Shown piece after piece: positions 42,810 through 53,084 of a DNA stretch of 64,000 nt; position 1 is the first letter of the stretch; each line of letters opens with the position of its first letter. Both the position numbers and the translations under genes were made by a program. Below the pieces are notes generated by a model. That model was not told the DNA's origin. It saw only the letters and a list, made by a program, of their open reading frames with translations, and searched no databases. The DNA is taken from assembly GCA_964016885.1 (NCBI GenBank), contig CAXHJY010000739.1:1-64000 (forward strand), written 5' to 3'. Origin of the DNA: Eledone cirrhosa (lineage: Eukaryota).

Positions 42810-43975
42810 GAGTTTACGCTACTCTTTTTCTACATACTAAGTAAGGCCACTTCCCTGATGAGATTGGTACCCTATTTTCTTTCCTACTTATTAACATTTT
42901 GGATTTTACTCTAAGGTCTTTTGATTCGAAGTTCTGTTTCCAAAGCTGGAATTTATTCTCTAGTTCTTTCTGATCCAGCAATGAGGACCAGATCAGCAAC
43001 ATACAGAAGTTCCCATGGGCAACCAGTCTTAAACTCCTCTCTTATGGTCTGGAGGACTAGGATAAACAGGAGTGGGCTAAAAACTGAACCCTAATGCCCT
43101 CCTACCTGTACCTTGAATTCCTCACTAAAATTACTTCCTATTCTCACTTACAGCTCCTTTGTGCATGGCTTGTACTGCTCTTACAAGCCACTCTGCTACA
43201 CCTAGTTTCCTTAAGGGCCATTGGATAACTTCATCAAAGGCTTTCTCTAGATCAACAAAAGCTAGATATAGAGGCTTACTGTTTGCTAAGGACTTCTCTT
43301 CTAGTTGTCTTACTAAAAAGAGATCATCTGTGGTGCTCCACCCTGGCATGAAACCAAATCATCTCATCTAATTTGACTCTTTCCCAAATTAGTTGTGCTA
43401 GAACTCTTTCTGTCACTTTCATAACTTGATCTTTTAGTTTTATTCCCCATTAGTTGCTCCTTTCTAGAGCATCTTTTTCCTTTTAGCAATTAATGATTAT
43501 GCTGCTGCACCAGTCATTGGTTATGGTCCCATTCTGTATTATCTGATTCAGTATGCTAGAGATTAGTTTGACTCCTACTTTCTCAGATGCTTTCAGCATC
43601 TCACAATTATCTCAAACAATCCCACTGCTTTACCCTTCTTCATTTCCTTGATTGCTTCTTTGACCCTATATTTTTCAATTTCAATAGCATATCTCTCTGT
43701 TAGGTCAGTTGGGAGCAGTCATGCTTCCTCCCATTCATTAATCTCTCATAGTAGGGTGGTGGATTGGCAGTATCGGTAGAGGGTCGGACGTCATGCTTTC
43801 CAGCATAGTTACGTCCCTTTACGATCTGAGTTCAAATCCCGCCGAGGTTGACTTTGCCTTTCATCCTTACGGGGTAGATAAAATAAAGTACCAGTAATGC
43901 ACTGGGTAATTGCTGGCCTTGTGCTTAAAGTAGAAACAATTAATCTCTCATAGTAGCATTTCCAGGCTTCTTTCA
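42810..43975 (-). mobile_element. Decayed RTE LINE RT region, interrupted by a SINE
   Basis: GFMPGWSTTDDLFLVRQLEEK...YLAFVDLEKAFD, GSVFSPLLF and WELLYVAD motifs. Confidence 0.88.
43755..43938 (+). mobile_element. CORE-SINE with intact head and 18-bp target-site duplication
   Basis: TSD ATTAATCTCTCATAGTAG at 43737-43754 and 43939-43956; A-box-like head, B box GAGTTCAAATCC and CORE domain. Confidence 0.92.
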
Positions 43976-44184
43976 AAAGAAAAAAAAATCCTCTACAATA
44001 TATATATTTACTATAGTGATTTCTAATTTAGAGACAAGACCAGCAAATTACTTGAATAATTTTATTGACCTAGCAAGATTGACCTTGTGGGATTTGAACT
44101 CAAAATGTAAAAAATCAAGATATGGCAATGCCATTTTATCTAATGCTCTACCAATTCTGCCATTCCATCATTCTTTATATATAG

Positions 44185-44328
44185 CATTCATATTAACAGT
44201 TTAACTTATTTCTGCCATTACAAGCAGTTTCAAGACATATACACAACTGTTCCATCTGATGAGATAGATGTGTTTACGTCTTGAAACTGCTGGTAAATCA
44301 AAAATAAGTCAAACTATTAATATAAATA
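44185..44328 (+). mobile_element. Fold-back element with minimal hammerhead motif (Penelope-like derivative)
   Basis: ~70-bp imperfect arms centred on CATC-T-GATG. CTGATGA at 44256-44262, GAAAC at 44283-44287, GTA at 44293-44295. Confidence 0.65.
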
Positions 44329-44424
44329 CCTGATGAATGGTATAGAAGTATCAACAACTACTACAAGGCCAAATGTGATGCTCTAGAAACGAACAGTTAC
44401 AGAAACAGCAAACTGAATGTAATG

Positions 44425-45722
44425 AAAATAATTTTAGGACAACTTAGGAAGAGGATTAGATTAGGTGGGATGTAGTTTGGATTTATGCCATGATAGAGTT
44501 CAACTAATGCCTTCTCTTTGGTGAGACAACTTCAAAAGAGGTTCCTAGTTGTGTAAGTACCTATACCTAATATTAGTTGATTTGGAGGGTACCACACAAT
44601 TTAGTCAGGTGAGGTTTAAGAAAATTAGGTGTAGATGAATGGCTTGTGAGAGTAGTGCAAGCCATCTACAGAGATATTGTCATTAAAATGAGATTTGGCA
44701 AGAAGTTTAGTGGATAATTTACTGTGCATCAGGGTTTGCCTTTCACCCCTCTTCTATTTATTATGGTTCTCCAACCCATTACAGAGGAGTTTAAGACCAG
44801 CTGTCTATGGGAACTCCTGTATGCTGATGACTTAGTTCTTATAGCTAAATTTGTGAAATATCTATCGAAGAAATTCCAGATAATCATCATCATTTAATGT
44901 CTGCTGTCCCTGCTAGCAAGAACTGGACAGGTTGTCACCAACAGTCAGTGCTTAATCAGAGCCATTAACATCTCAGACAGGTTGGGGGCTCACATCTCAC
45001 TTACATATGTTCCTACACTTTGCCAAGTGTATTTTATCATGACACCAGCATTAGAGTCGTTATCCTGTTTTTGACACAACTGAAGAGTTAGTAATAAGAG
45101 CATTAGTGAAATAAACGTTTACCAATCCAAGACAAAATCCATTAAATTAGTTGATAGATTCTGTTTCCCAGGTGACCTAATTAGCAGTGGAAGAGGTTGC
45201 TCTGAAAGCATAGTAATTAGAATAAGAATAGTAGGGTAGAAAAGTTTAGACTGCTGCTACCTCTGTTGGCAACAAAGGGATTCTCTCTCTGAGGGAATGA
45301 TAGAGTGTGTGATACCTGCATATGTAGTGCAAAGCTTGATGGTATTAAGACATGGACACTGAATTTAGAGGCTATGAAAAGGCTACAAAGAAATGAATCA
45401 AGCATGTTCACTTGATGTGTAATGTTAGTACTCATGAATGAGGCAGATGAGTTGAGATAAAAACTAGGTATAAGTGGAGTCAATGTAGTATGCAGAGGCT
45501 ATGTTATGATGTTATGATGTCCATTGGTTGAATAAGTGTCAGGACTTTCAAGTGGAAGGAAGCAGCAAAAGAGGAAAACCAAGAAAAACTTGGCCAGAGG
45601 TGATGAAAGCTGATCTCAGGATACTGAACCTCACAAAGGAGATGGTACATAAAAGAGATAAGTGGAGAGGATTTGTCTAACCCATGAGAGCATGGAAAAA
45701 TAGATATAAAGCAATGATGAGG
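44425..45722 (+). mobile_element. Decayed RTE LINE RT to 3' end, with an inserted SINE fragment (~44882-45070)
   Basis: FGFMP, HQG...PLLFI, WELLYADDLVLIA and RGKPRKTW motifs, plus a (GAT)n tail. Confidence 0.88.
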
Positions 45723-46455
45723 ATATATATGTTTGTATTCATGTTTACATCAAAACTGTTTAACAGCTAGTCTCGTTTGTTTGAGCCATGTAACTTAGCA
45801 GTTTGACAAAAACAGATAGATAAATTAAGTGACAGATTGTTAAAAAAAGTACTGGGGTTGATAGAATCGTTTAAATCTCCAACAGTAGTACCCCTGTATC
45901 CCTCAAATTGCACTCTTCTTTTCTGAAAAAGTATACACTAAATGTCAATCTAGATATGCAATGTTCTATAGAAGAATGGGTTGGTCATAGCAGAAATATG
46001 TTTCAGCATAGGTCTGCTCAATGAAGGCTGACTTGGAGTTAAACAACAACAGTAGTTACGACATTTCACATACAAACAACAAATGAAATGTAATCTGCAT
46101 AGAGTCCTTAGACCATCAGATAAAATGCTTTGCTGTATGACACTACAGCATCCCTACAACTCCACTAGGAGTCATAGGTTCATACATATATACAATCCAC
46201 ACATCATGTTTTTTAATACAGAAAATTGAAAAGTGAATTCAACTGAATTAGACACATTATATTGCTGGTATTTACTTTATCAATCTCATGCTGAAATAAA
46301 TTAACCAAATACAAGTATGGTTGTGTGGACAAATAACAATATGTGCAGTAATAAACTCATCACCATCGTTTTTATGTTCAGAGTTGGTATGGGTTAGACA
46401 AAATGTTTTGAAATATTTTACAACAGCATGTCCTTCCTGATGCCAACCCTTTTAA

Positions 46456-46642
46456 CCCTTTAGCATTCACATTACTCTATATATACTATTATATTTTCAT
46501 GGTAAAGGTTTTACCTCGCATAATATCGAATCTATGAGATTTTGAAAGTATTTATTTTGAGAACAATACCTTAACATCAGTTTGAGCGGCCAGTTTCAAC
46601 AGAAAAAGGTAGAGAATTCTGGCCGGTTTGAACACTAAAGGG
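46456..46642. mobile_element. piggyBac-type MITE, copy 1
   Basis: TTAA|CCCTTTAG...CTAAAGGG|TTAA. An empty-site paralog with a single TTAA lies at 20133-20136. Confidence 0.9.
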
Positions 46643-46715
46643 TTAATCACTTCCTACATGCAGGGATATAGTGTATTTATTTTAATACCGGGATACACAC
46701 TGATCTAATCTTTAA

Positions 46716-46900
46716 CCCTTTAACATTTAAACCGGCCAAAATTCTCTCACCTCTTTCTGTTCAAACCAGCTGCTCATATTAATGTTGAGGAATTGTTCTC
46801 AAAATATATATCAAAATCTTGTAGATTCAATATTATGTGAGGTAAAGACTTTACTGTGAAAATATAATAGTAAATATAGAGTTATGTAAATGTTAAAGGG
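46716..46900. mobile_element. piggyBac-type MITE, copy 2, inverted relative to copy 1
   Basis: TTAA|CCCTTTAACATTTA...TAAATGTTAAAGGG|TTAA; the body is the reverse complement of 46456-46642. Confidence 0.9.
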
Positions 46901-47404
46901 TTAAATATTCCCAAATTACAATTATGTTCAGATTTAACTACAGAGCAACAACAATCAACAAGGGAACCCAATTTAAGAAATATAAGCATTCAATAAATGT
47001 ATAGTTATTAACCTTTGGTACTTACTTTTCTTTTAAACATATATAATTTCCTCTGATAGAGAACATCTTTTACATATCCGTTAGCTACATGACGCATTCA
47101 CTATGAATATCTCAGAAGAGCTAACCTATAATAGCTGTACCAAATCAGTAATCCACCAAACACAAGCATAGTTGTATGGTTACGAAGTCTGCTTCAGAAC
47201 TATGAGGTTTTGGGCTCAACAACACAGTGCACACCTTGAGTAAAATTTAGATGAAAATGAACAGTTTGTGGAAGTGTCTTTTTCTTGTGTCAATGTAATT
47301 TGTTGGCCAGTTTAACACTCCCATCTGAGTGCCTTTAGTAAAGTCCATTGTGTTGAAAACATTATGGCCAAGTTTCCAGTCTAAAACACTTCTTCACAGC
47401 AGTT

Positions 47405-47630
47405 TGAGGTCCTGAAAAGAGTCATGGGCACTAGCCCTACTTCAACCAGTCCCTTGAAGGCAATGAAAAAAACAATGACCACTGTCGTCTCATCCTTCTA
47501 TTAATCCCATGGAAGCCATAAAAAGGATCATGGGTACTGTCCCGCTTCCCATTAATCCTTTGGAGGCCATAAACACTGTCCATCCTCCCACTAACCTCTT
47601 GAAAGGCATGGAAAGGATCATGGCCAGTTT
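47405..47630. repeat. Degenerate ~50-bp minisatellite
   Basis: Recurring GRAGGCMAT.AAAAGGATCATGG...CACTGTC..TCCYAYTAAYCC; a related unit lies at ~48550. Confidence 0.6.
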
Positions 47631-48744
47631 TTACTCCGCTGGTTAAGCCATAAAGAAAACATTCTCTTTCACTTACCTAAATAAATTAGTCAATACTTTA
47701 TATACCACGGTGTATGACCATATCATTATATAGCAAACATTATTATGACTTTGATGTTGTTCTTTGTTTCTCTTCTAAAATACTGAGAACCAACATCCAG
47801 CCAACCACCCGCAGAGAGAGATATTTAATTAGCTTGAATAACTTTAATTAAAGAAGAAACACACACAAATTTATAAACATAAAATGTCAAGAAAAAATAT
47901 ATATTTATTTAAACAACACTGAAGAAAAATTGTAGATTGTTGGACAGACGTTAAAGCAGCTATTTTTAACTTGTTCACTTCAATTTTACATGCCTGTAAT
48001 TTTGTGCACTAAAATATTAATTGCCCTCATTTTTTTAAAGGTCAAATTCCACTCTTGGTGGACAATTCTTGTTGATATACTTGTATTCATTCAACTGTCT
48101 TTCAAGTAGATTCACTTTGAATGAAAATAAAATTCAATTTTAAATTCAAACATTCTGAGAATTTTAGTGGGAGAACAGCTTCTCTTAGTTCTTGATATCA
48201 CCTATAAAGTATAATCCTAAATTTTGTTGGAATCAAAACTGTTAGCTGTTTCAATTAAAGAGGATTCCAACTCCCAATCAATGCAATTTTAAAGTTATCG
48301 TAGTATCCCAAAAAGCCACTAATTATTCTATTGGATAATGTTAGTCCAGGTATGAATTATCTGAAGGTGATTCTCACCCACATGATCACATGTTTATAAC
48401 AGATATGTCAATATATTTCATATACTTGGTTGATTGACTTAATTTGTTGCCTAGTTTAAAACCATTTGCTGGTCCTTGCATGTCTTTAACTGACTCCACT
48501 ATTGTAAGCATTCAAACCAGGTCTCCTGTTTGATGACACCTTCCTGTCTCAGAGGCCCTAAAAAGGGTCATGGACACAGCCTTCTCCTCACTGACAAAAC
48601 GGGAAAAAAAGTTTTTTCTTCTGAAAACTCTTATAATAGACAATTCAACCAAAAATATAAAATAATAAATATATAAAAACAGAGGAATGTCTTGTTTAAT
48701 TAACTCTCTTCCATTTCAAGAAAATATCTCCCAATGAAGTAATG

Positions 48745-48950
48745 ATTTCTAATTTAAGCACCACAAGGCCAACAATTTTGGAAGAGCAGAAAGTTGATTA
48801 TATCAACCCCTGTACATGAATGGTGCTTTATTTTATCGTCTCTGGAAGGATGAAAGGCAAAGTTGAAATCAGCAAGAACGTAATGAGCCAGAACAAACAC
48901 TGTTACATAAGTATCTGATTCTATAACAACTCTGCCAATCAATTGCCCTC
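48745..48950 (-). mobile_element. CORE-SINE
   Basis: Reverse CORE domain GGATGAAAGGCAAAGTTGA and head CTCTGCCAATC. Further copies at ~21260-21325, 35650-35715, 44030-44170, 53935-54020 and 54985-55170. Confidence 0.75.
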
Positions 48951-49649
48951 ACTACTCACCCAAAGAAATAATAAAAGATTCAGATAAATTTGAAAATGAA
49001 AGATATATAATCTGAAACAATAAAATGTTCTCAGTATTTCCATAGAAATTAAACTAAATAAATTTTTTACAAACTACATTATTTATTTTCTTCACTGACT
49101 CCCAATCCACATATTTATTACTAAATCATTCTTTTTCCATTTCATAACAATGTCAAGCTAGAAAAATCAGTTTATATAGACGTAAACTATAAACAATTAT
49201 TTAGTAGATAACCTGACACACACTGCACCTTAGTGTTGTAATGAGGTAGTGATGGTGCTTTAATAAAAAGCACCCATTCCGCCCTGTAAAGTGGTAGTGA
49301 CATAGGCACGGTAAAATGTTCCCAGTACACCGAGCCCAAAACGGAGCATCAAGCAAGATGTGGCCACCTGACGAGCCAAGCCTCAGTACATGACAATTCA
49401 TCTAACCCAAGCATGCATAGAAAATAGACATTAAATGGTGATGTGGATAATGATAAAAATAAGGTGTATATGAAGGTATATATATGTTTATGTATAATAT
49501 ACATATGTCTCAATAGTAGCCATGGAGATAGCTTGATATGATCCCTGCTTAATCTTTAACATGCTAGACAGTTTTATGAATTGCTTCCCTTGACACTGCA
49601 TTGTGTATTAAGGAGAGGAACTTAATGTACCCGGAGCATCCAGATTAAA

Positions 49650-50060
49650 ACTGTCATGAGACATAATGTTTATTGTACATAAACATATCATACATGCCTT
49701 CATATATATCTCTATTATGAATCATGCTGTGTTAGTACTATAGTTAATTAATCCCAGCCTAGTCAATCACACAACATGCAAATGAACTTTCCCAGCAGAT
49801 GTTCTATATGCAACGCGTATACAAGGTATAACTTATTTTAATCTTAACAATGAGTCAGTAAACATCACTGATGAAGGATTAAAAGATCCTAAAACACTAG
49901 TCTAGCTTTCTCACATAGCCACTGAAATAGCTGTGTCATGATCATAGATTAAACAGTAACAATAACGTTTATATATGTTTATTATACATAAACAACTCAT
50001 ATATGTCTTCATATACACCTCTATTATGCATCACGCTATGTTAGTGTTACTACTAATTAG
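49650..50060 (+). mobile_element. Direct-repeat-bounded element with a degenerate hammerhead motif
   Basis: Direct repeats at ~49665-49750 and ~49975-50060. Between them, CTGATGA-AGGAT-TAAAAG-ATCCT-AAAAC-ACTA-GTC at 49868-49902. Confidence 0.55.
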
Positions 50061-50097
50061 TTGATAATAAAGTTTATAAAATATACCCAATGAACTT

Positions 50098-50367
50098 TGA
50101 CCTCCCTTTAAACTGTAATCCGATTATTAAGCTTAAGTGTATTTCTCAAGGTAATTTATCTTTCTTATCTAAAGTTGACCTCCCTCATTTAAACTTCCCT
50201 TAAAATCTAATCCAACTATGAAGCTCAAGTGTATTTCTCAGAGAAATTTATCTTTCTTACACCTAAAAGCTGACTTCCCACATTTAAACTCCCCTTAAAC
50301 TGTAACCTAATTATTAGGCTCAAGTGTATTTCTCAAAGATATTTATCTTTCTTACATCTAAAGTTGA
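50098..50367. repeat. ~80-95-bp tandem repeat, 3 copies
   Basis: TGACYTCCC...GCTYAAGTGTATTTCTCA..G..ATTTATCTTTCTTA..CTAAA x3. Confidence 0.88.
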
Positions 50368-51582
50368 TATCCATTCAGCATTTTTCTGAAGAAAATTTCA
50401 TATCAAATAATTATGTTCCTGGAACTGTTGCAGCCAGCCATTGGGGTGTTGCTCTAAATGTTTGACTGTGTTCATCATGGCAGTTTAGTGGGCCTTAGAA
50501 ATGCTTGGTGGTGCACATCTCTCCAAGGGTAACATTTAGTAGGACATAAAATTAAAATCAACCCAACAGTTGAGTGATTTAGGGCAGTCTTTAAACATCC
50601 CTTTTATACTGAAGTACCTTAAAGAGATAGCCCTCAAATATCAGATTCCTCTTCTCCAAAGTATAAAATCTTTTGAAACCTAAACATTTCTTTTTTTAGT
50701 TTGAAGATGATTGGAAATAGAAAAAAATATCTAAAATCTTTTCATCCAGAAGAAGTGGGGCTTGTGTGCGTCACCCATTGTTATTTCAAGAAAATTAAAT
50801 CAAACTTTTGTACAACAGCACAGAATAATCCATTGCTATATGTGGTGAGATGGTTTGACAAGGATCTTATGTCTTTTATTTTCTCTTGTATTCTTTGCCA
50901 AAGTCCATGCCAAGTAAATATTTATTAGTACCTAGATTAGTGCTTGGCCCCAACAACAACTAAAATATTACAGCATATTTAGTATTCATGCTAGAACTGA
51001 TTTTACAATCGCAATGATCCACAACTATTGTTGGAGGTGAAAGACAGCATCAATCTTGCTTGCAAGTTCAAATGTTGGACTGATTATTGATTTATTTAAC
51101 AACAAATGGAAGTGAGTGCGATTGCTTCCTTATACACTTACTTGTGTACCACTCAGTTTAAAGTTAACCTGAGAGAGAGTAGATTGTTATTTTTTGTATG
51201 CAATATTGTGTTCAATCCCTTCAAATACAGAAAGTCTAAAATTGAGTTTAGACTATCTCTCTCACACACACATACATACACACACTCTCTCTTTTCATTT
51301 AAGAGGAATTTGGTCATTTTACATGCAGTAAAGTGCAGAAATCAACCTTTTTTTCATTTAAAGTTGGTGCTTTATTAGTCAGAAGCTTTCTTAATGCATT
51401 GTTTGTGTCCAAACTCTTAAATGCAGCACTGCAACTGTTTTACAGACACACCACTACATTATAGAAGAAAATTATAGTAATATATTTTTAGAGATTGTGC
51501 GATGATATTGGTCAAGATAGGATTGAAAATGTTATACCAAAAGAAAACATCTGGTTCCTGAGGAGGATGAAATCAAATATTT

Positions 51583-52680
51583 TTAAGTATTCATTTTTGC
51601 ATGAGACTTCTTATGTTTCAATAAGTGACTTCCATCAGTAAACTTCCGGTCACATATGTCACAGCTGTAGGGTTTCTCTCCTGTGTGTATTCGCTGGTGT
51701 CTACGAAGGTCAAATCCTCGAGCAAACTTCTTCCCACAGACATTACATTCATGAGGTCTGATGCCAGTGTGGCTGCCTCGATAATGAGAATTCAGGTGGC
51801 TGATCTCGCCAAACCTGAAGCCACAGAGAGGACACTCATGTGGTTTTTCTCCTGTGTGGGTTCTGTGGTGACGAGTAAGATCACACTGTTTTCTAAAGCT
51901 CTTCTCACAAATATCACAGACAAAGGGTCGAATTGAAGAATGGGTTAGCATGTGAGCCTTCAAATGACTATTTTGGAGAAATCGTTTATCACAGAGGTCA
52001 CACTTGAACCGCCGTTCACCCGATTGCGACCGGTTGTGTGTATGGAGATGGCTGCCTTTAGAATACAGATTCTGACAGATGTCACAAAAGAAAAGTTTGC
52101 TTGTTTCATTCTCAACTTTCACCCTGATAGCTCCTGCATTCTTTTCAAGTGGTTGACTGGGCATATTATTCTGACATGGTTGGCTGGTGGTGTTACTTTG
52201 ACATGGTTGATTGGTGGTGTTACTTTGACAGGGTTGACTGGTGGTGTTACTTTGACATGGTTGACTGGGAGTGCTACTTTGACAGGGTTGACTGGTGGTA
52301 TTACTTTGACAGGGTTGATTGGTGTTACTTTGACATGGTTGACTGGTGATATTACTTTGAAATGATTGAATAGTTGTATTGCTTTGAAATGGTTGACTGG
52401 TCATATTGTTCTGACATGGTTGAGTGGTGGTATTGTTCTGATGAAATGACTGAATGGCTGCATTGCTTTGAAATGGTTGACCAACTGTACTAGTTTGAAA
52501 TGGTTGAGTAGTTACATTATTTTGAAATGACTGAGAGCTAGAATTGTTTTGAAATGGTTGATTGCTTGCAGTTGCAGGATTAAGCAAGTCCTTATTGGAC
52601 TTTTTACAACCGTGCATCATAACATCAACATTCCCACCAGCATCACTTTCACTGAGGTTTGGTATAGGGAAAAGGTCCAT
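51583..52680 (-). CDS. C2H2 zinc-finger protein, 365 aa: N-terminal 9-aa Q/S/N/T tandem repeat plus 6 fingers (first degenerate)
   Basis: Intact ORF with fingers CDLC, CDIC, CPLC, CNVC and CDIC joined by TGEKP/TGIRP/SSIRP linkers; repeat consensus SQP(F/C)QSNTT. Confidence 0.95.
   Translation of the reverse strand: MDLFPIPNLSESDAGGNVDVMMHGCKKSNKDLLNPATASNQPFQNNSSSQSFQNNVTTQPFQTSTVGQPFQSNAAIQSFHQNNTTTQPCQNNMTSQPFQSNTTIQSFQSNITSQPCQSNTNQPCQSNTTSQPCQSSTPSQPCQSNTTSQPCQSNTTNQPCQSNTTSQPCQNNMPSQPLEKNAGAIRVKVENETSKLFFCDICQNLYSKGSHLHTHNRSQSGERRFKCDLCDKRFLQNSHLKAHMLTHSSIRPFVCDICEKSFRKQCDLTRHHRTHTGEKPHECPLCGFRFGEISHLNSHYRGSHTGIRPHECNVCGKKFARGFDLRRHQRIHTGEKPYSCDICDRKFTDGSHLLKHKKSHAKMNT
52141..52563 (-). 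repeat. Coding 27-bp minisatellite (~15 units)
   Basis: On the + strand the unit GGTTGACTGGTGGTGTTACTTTGACA(T/G) repeats in frame. Confidence 0.92.
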
Positions 52681-53084
52681 TGTTACAAAGCTAAACTATT
52701 ACCAGAACAACATTGCCAATTAAAACACAGAAAACAACTTGAAAGCTTGGTGCCAGAACTGTCTATGCTGTTGTGTTATAGAAATAGTTCAGTATTTATA
52801 TATTAGATGACCATCACCCACTAATACATCTTTTATGCTTCTCCACTTTAGCTAAGATGATGAAATGAAAGAGAGAAAGGCAAACCTTTACAGGCTGCTT
52901 CCTCTTCTTATTTCAGGAATCCTTAGATTTTTTAATGCAATAAAGTTGAAGTAAGTGTAAATTCATAGGTTGTTTGTGTGAATAATCTCGACAGAATTCT
53001 TTTAATTATAGAAAAGAAAACCAACACAGCTCAAGTGTGAAGAGGTCTGTAAATACACACAAACCACTGTGACAGCTCAGTCAT

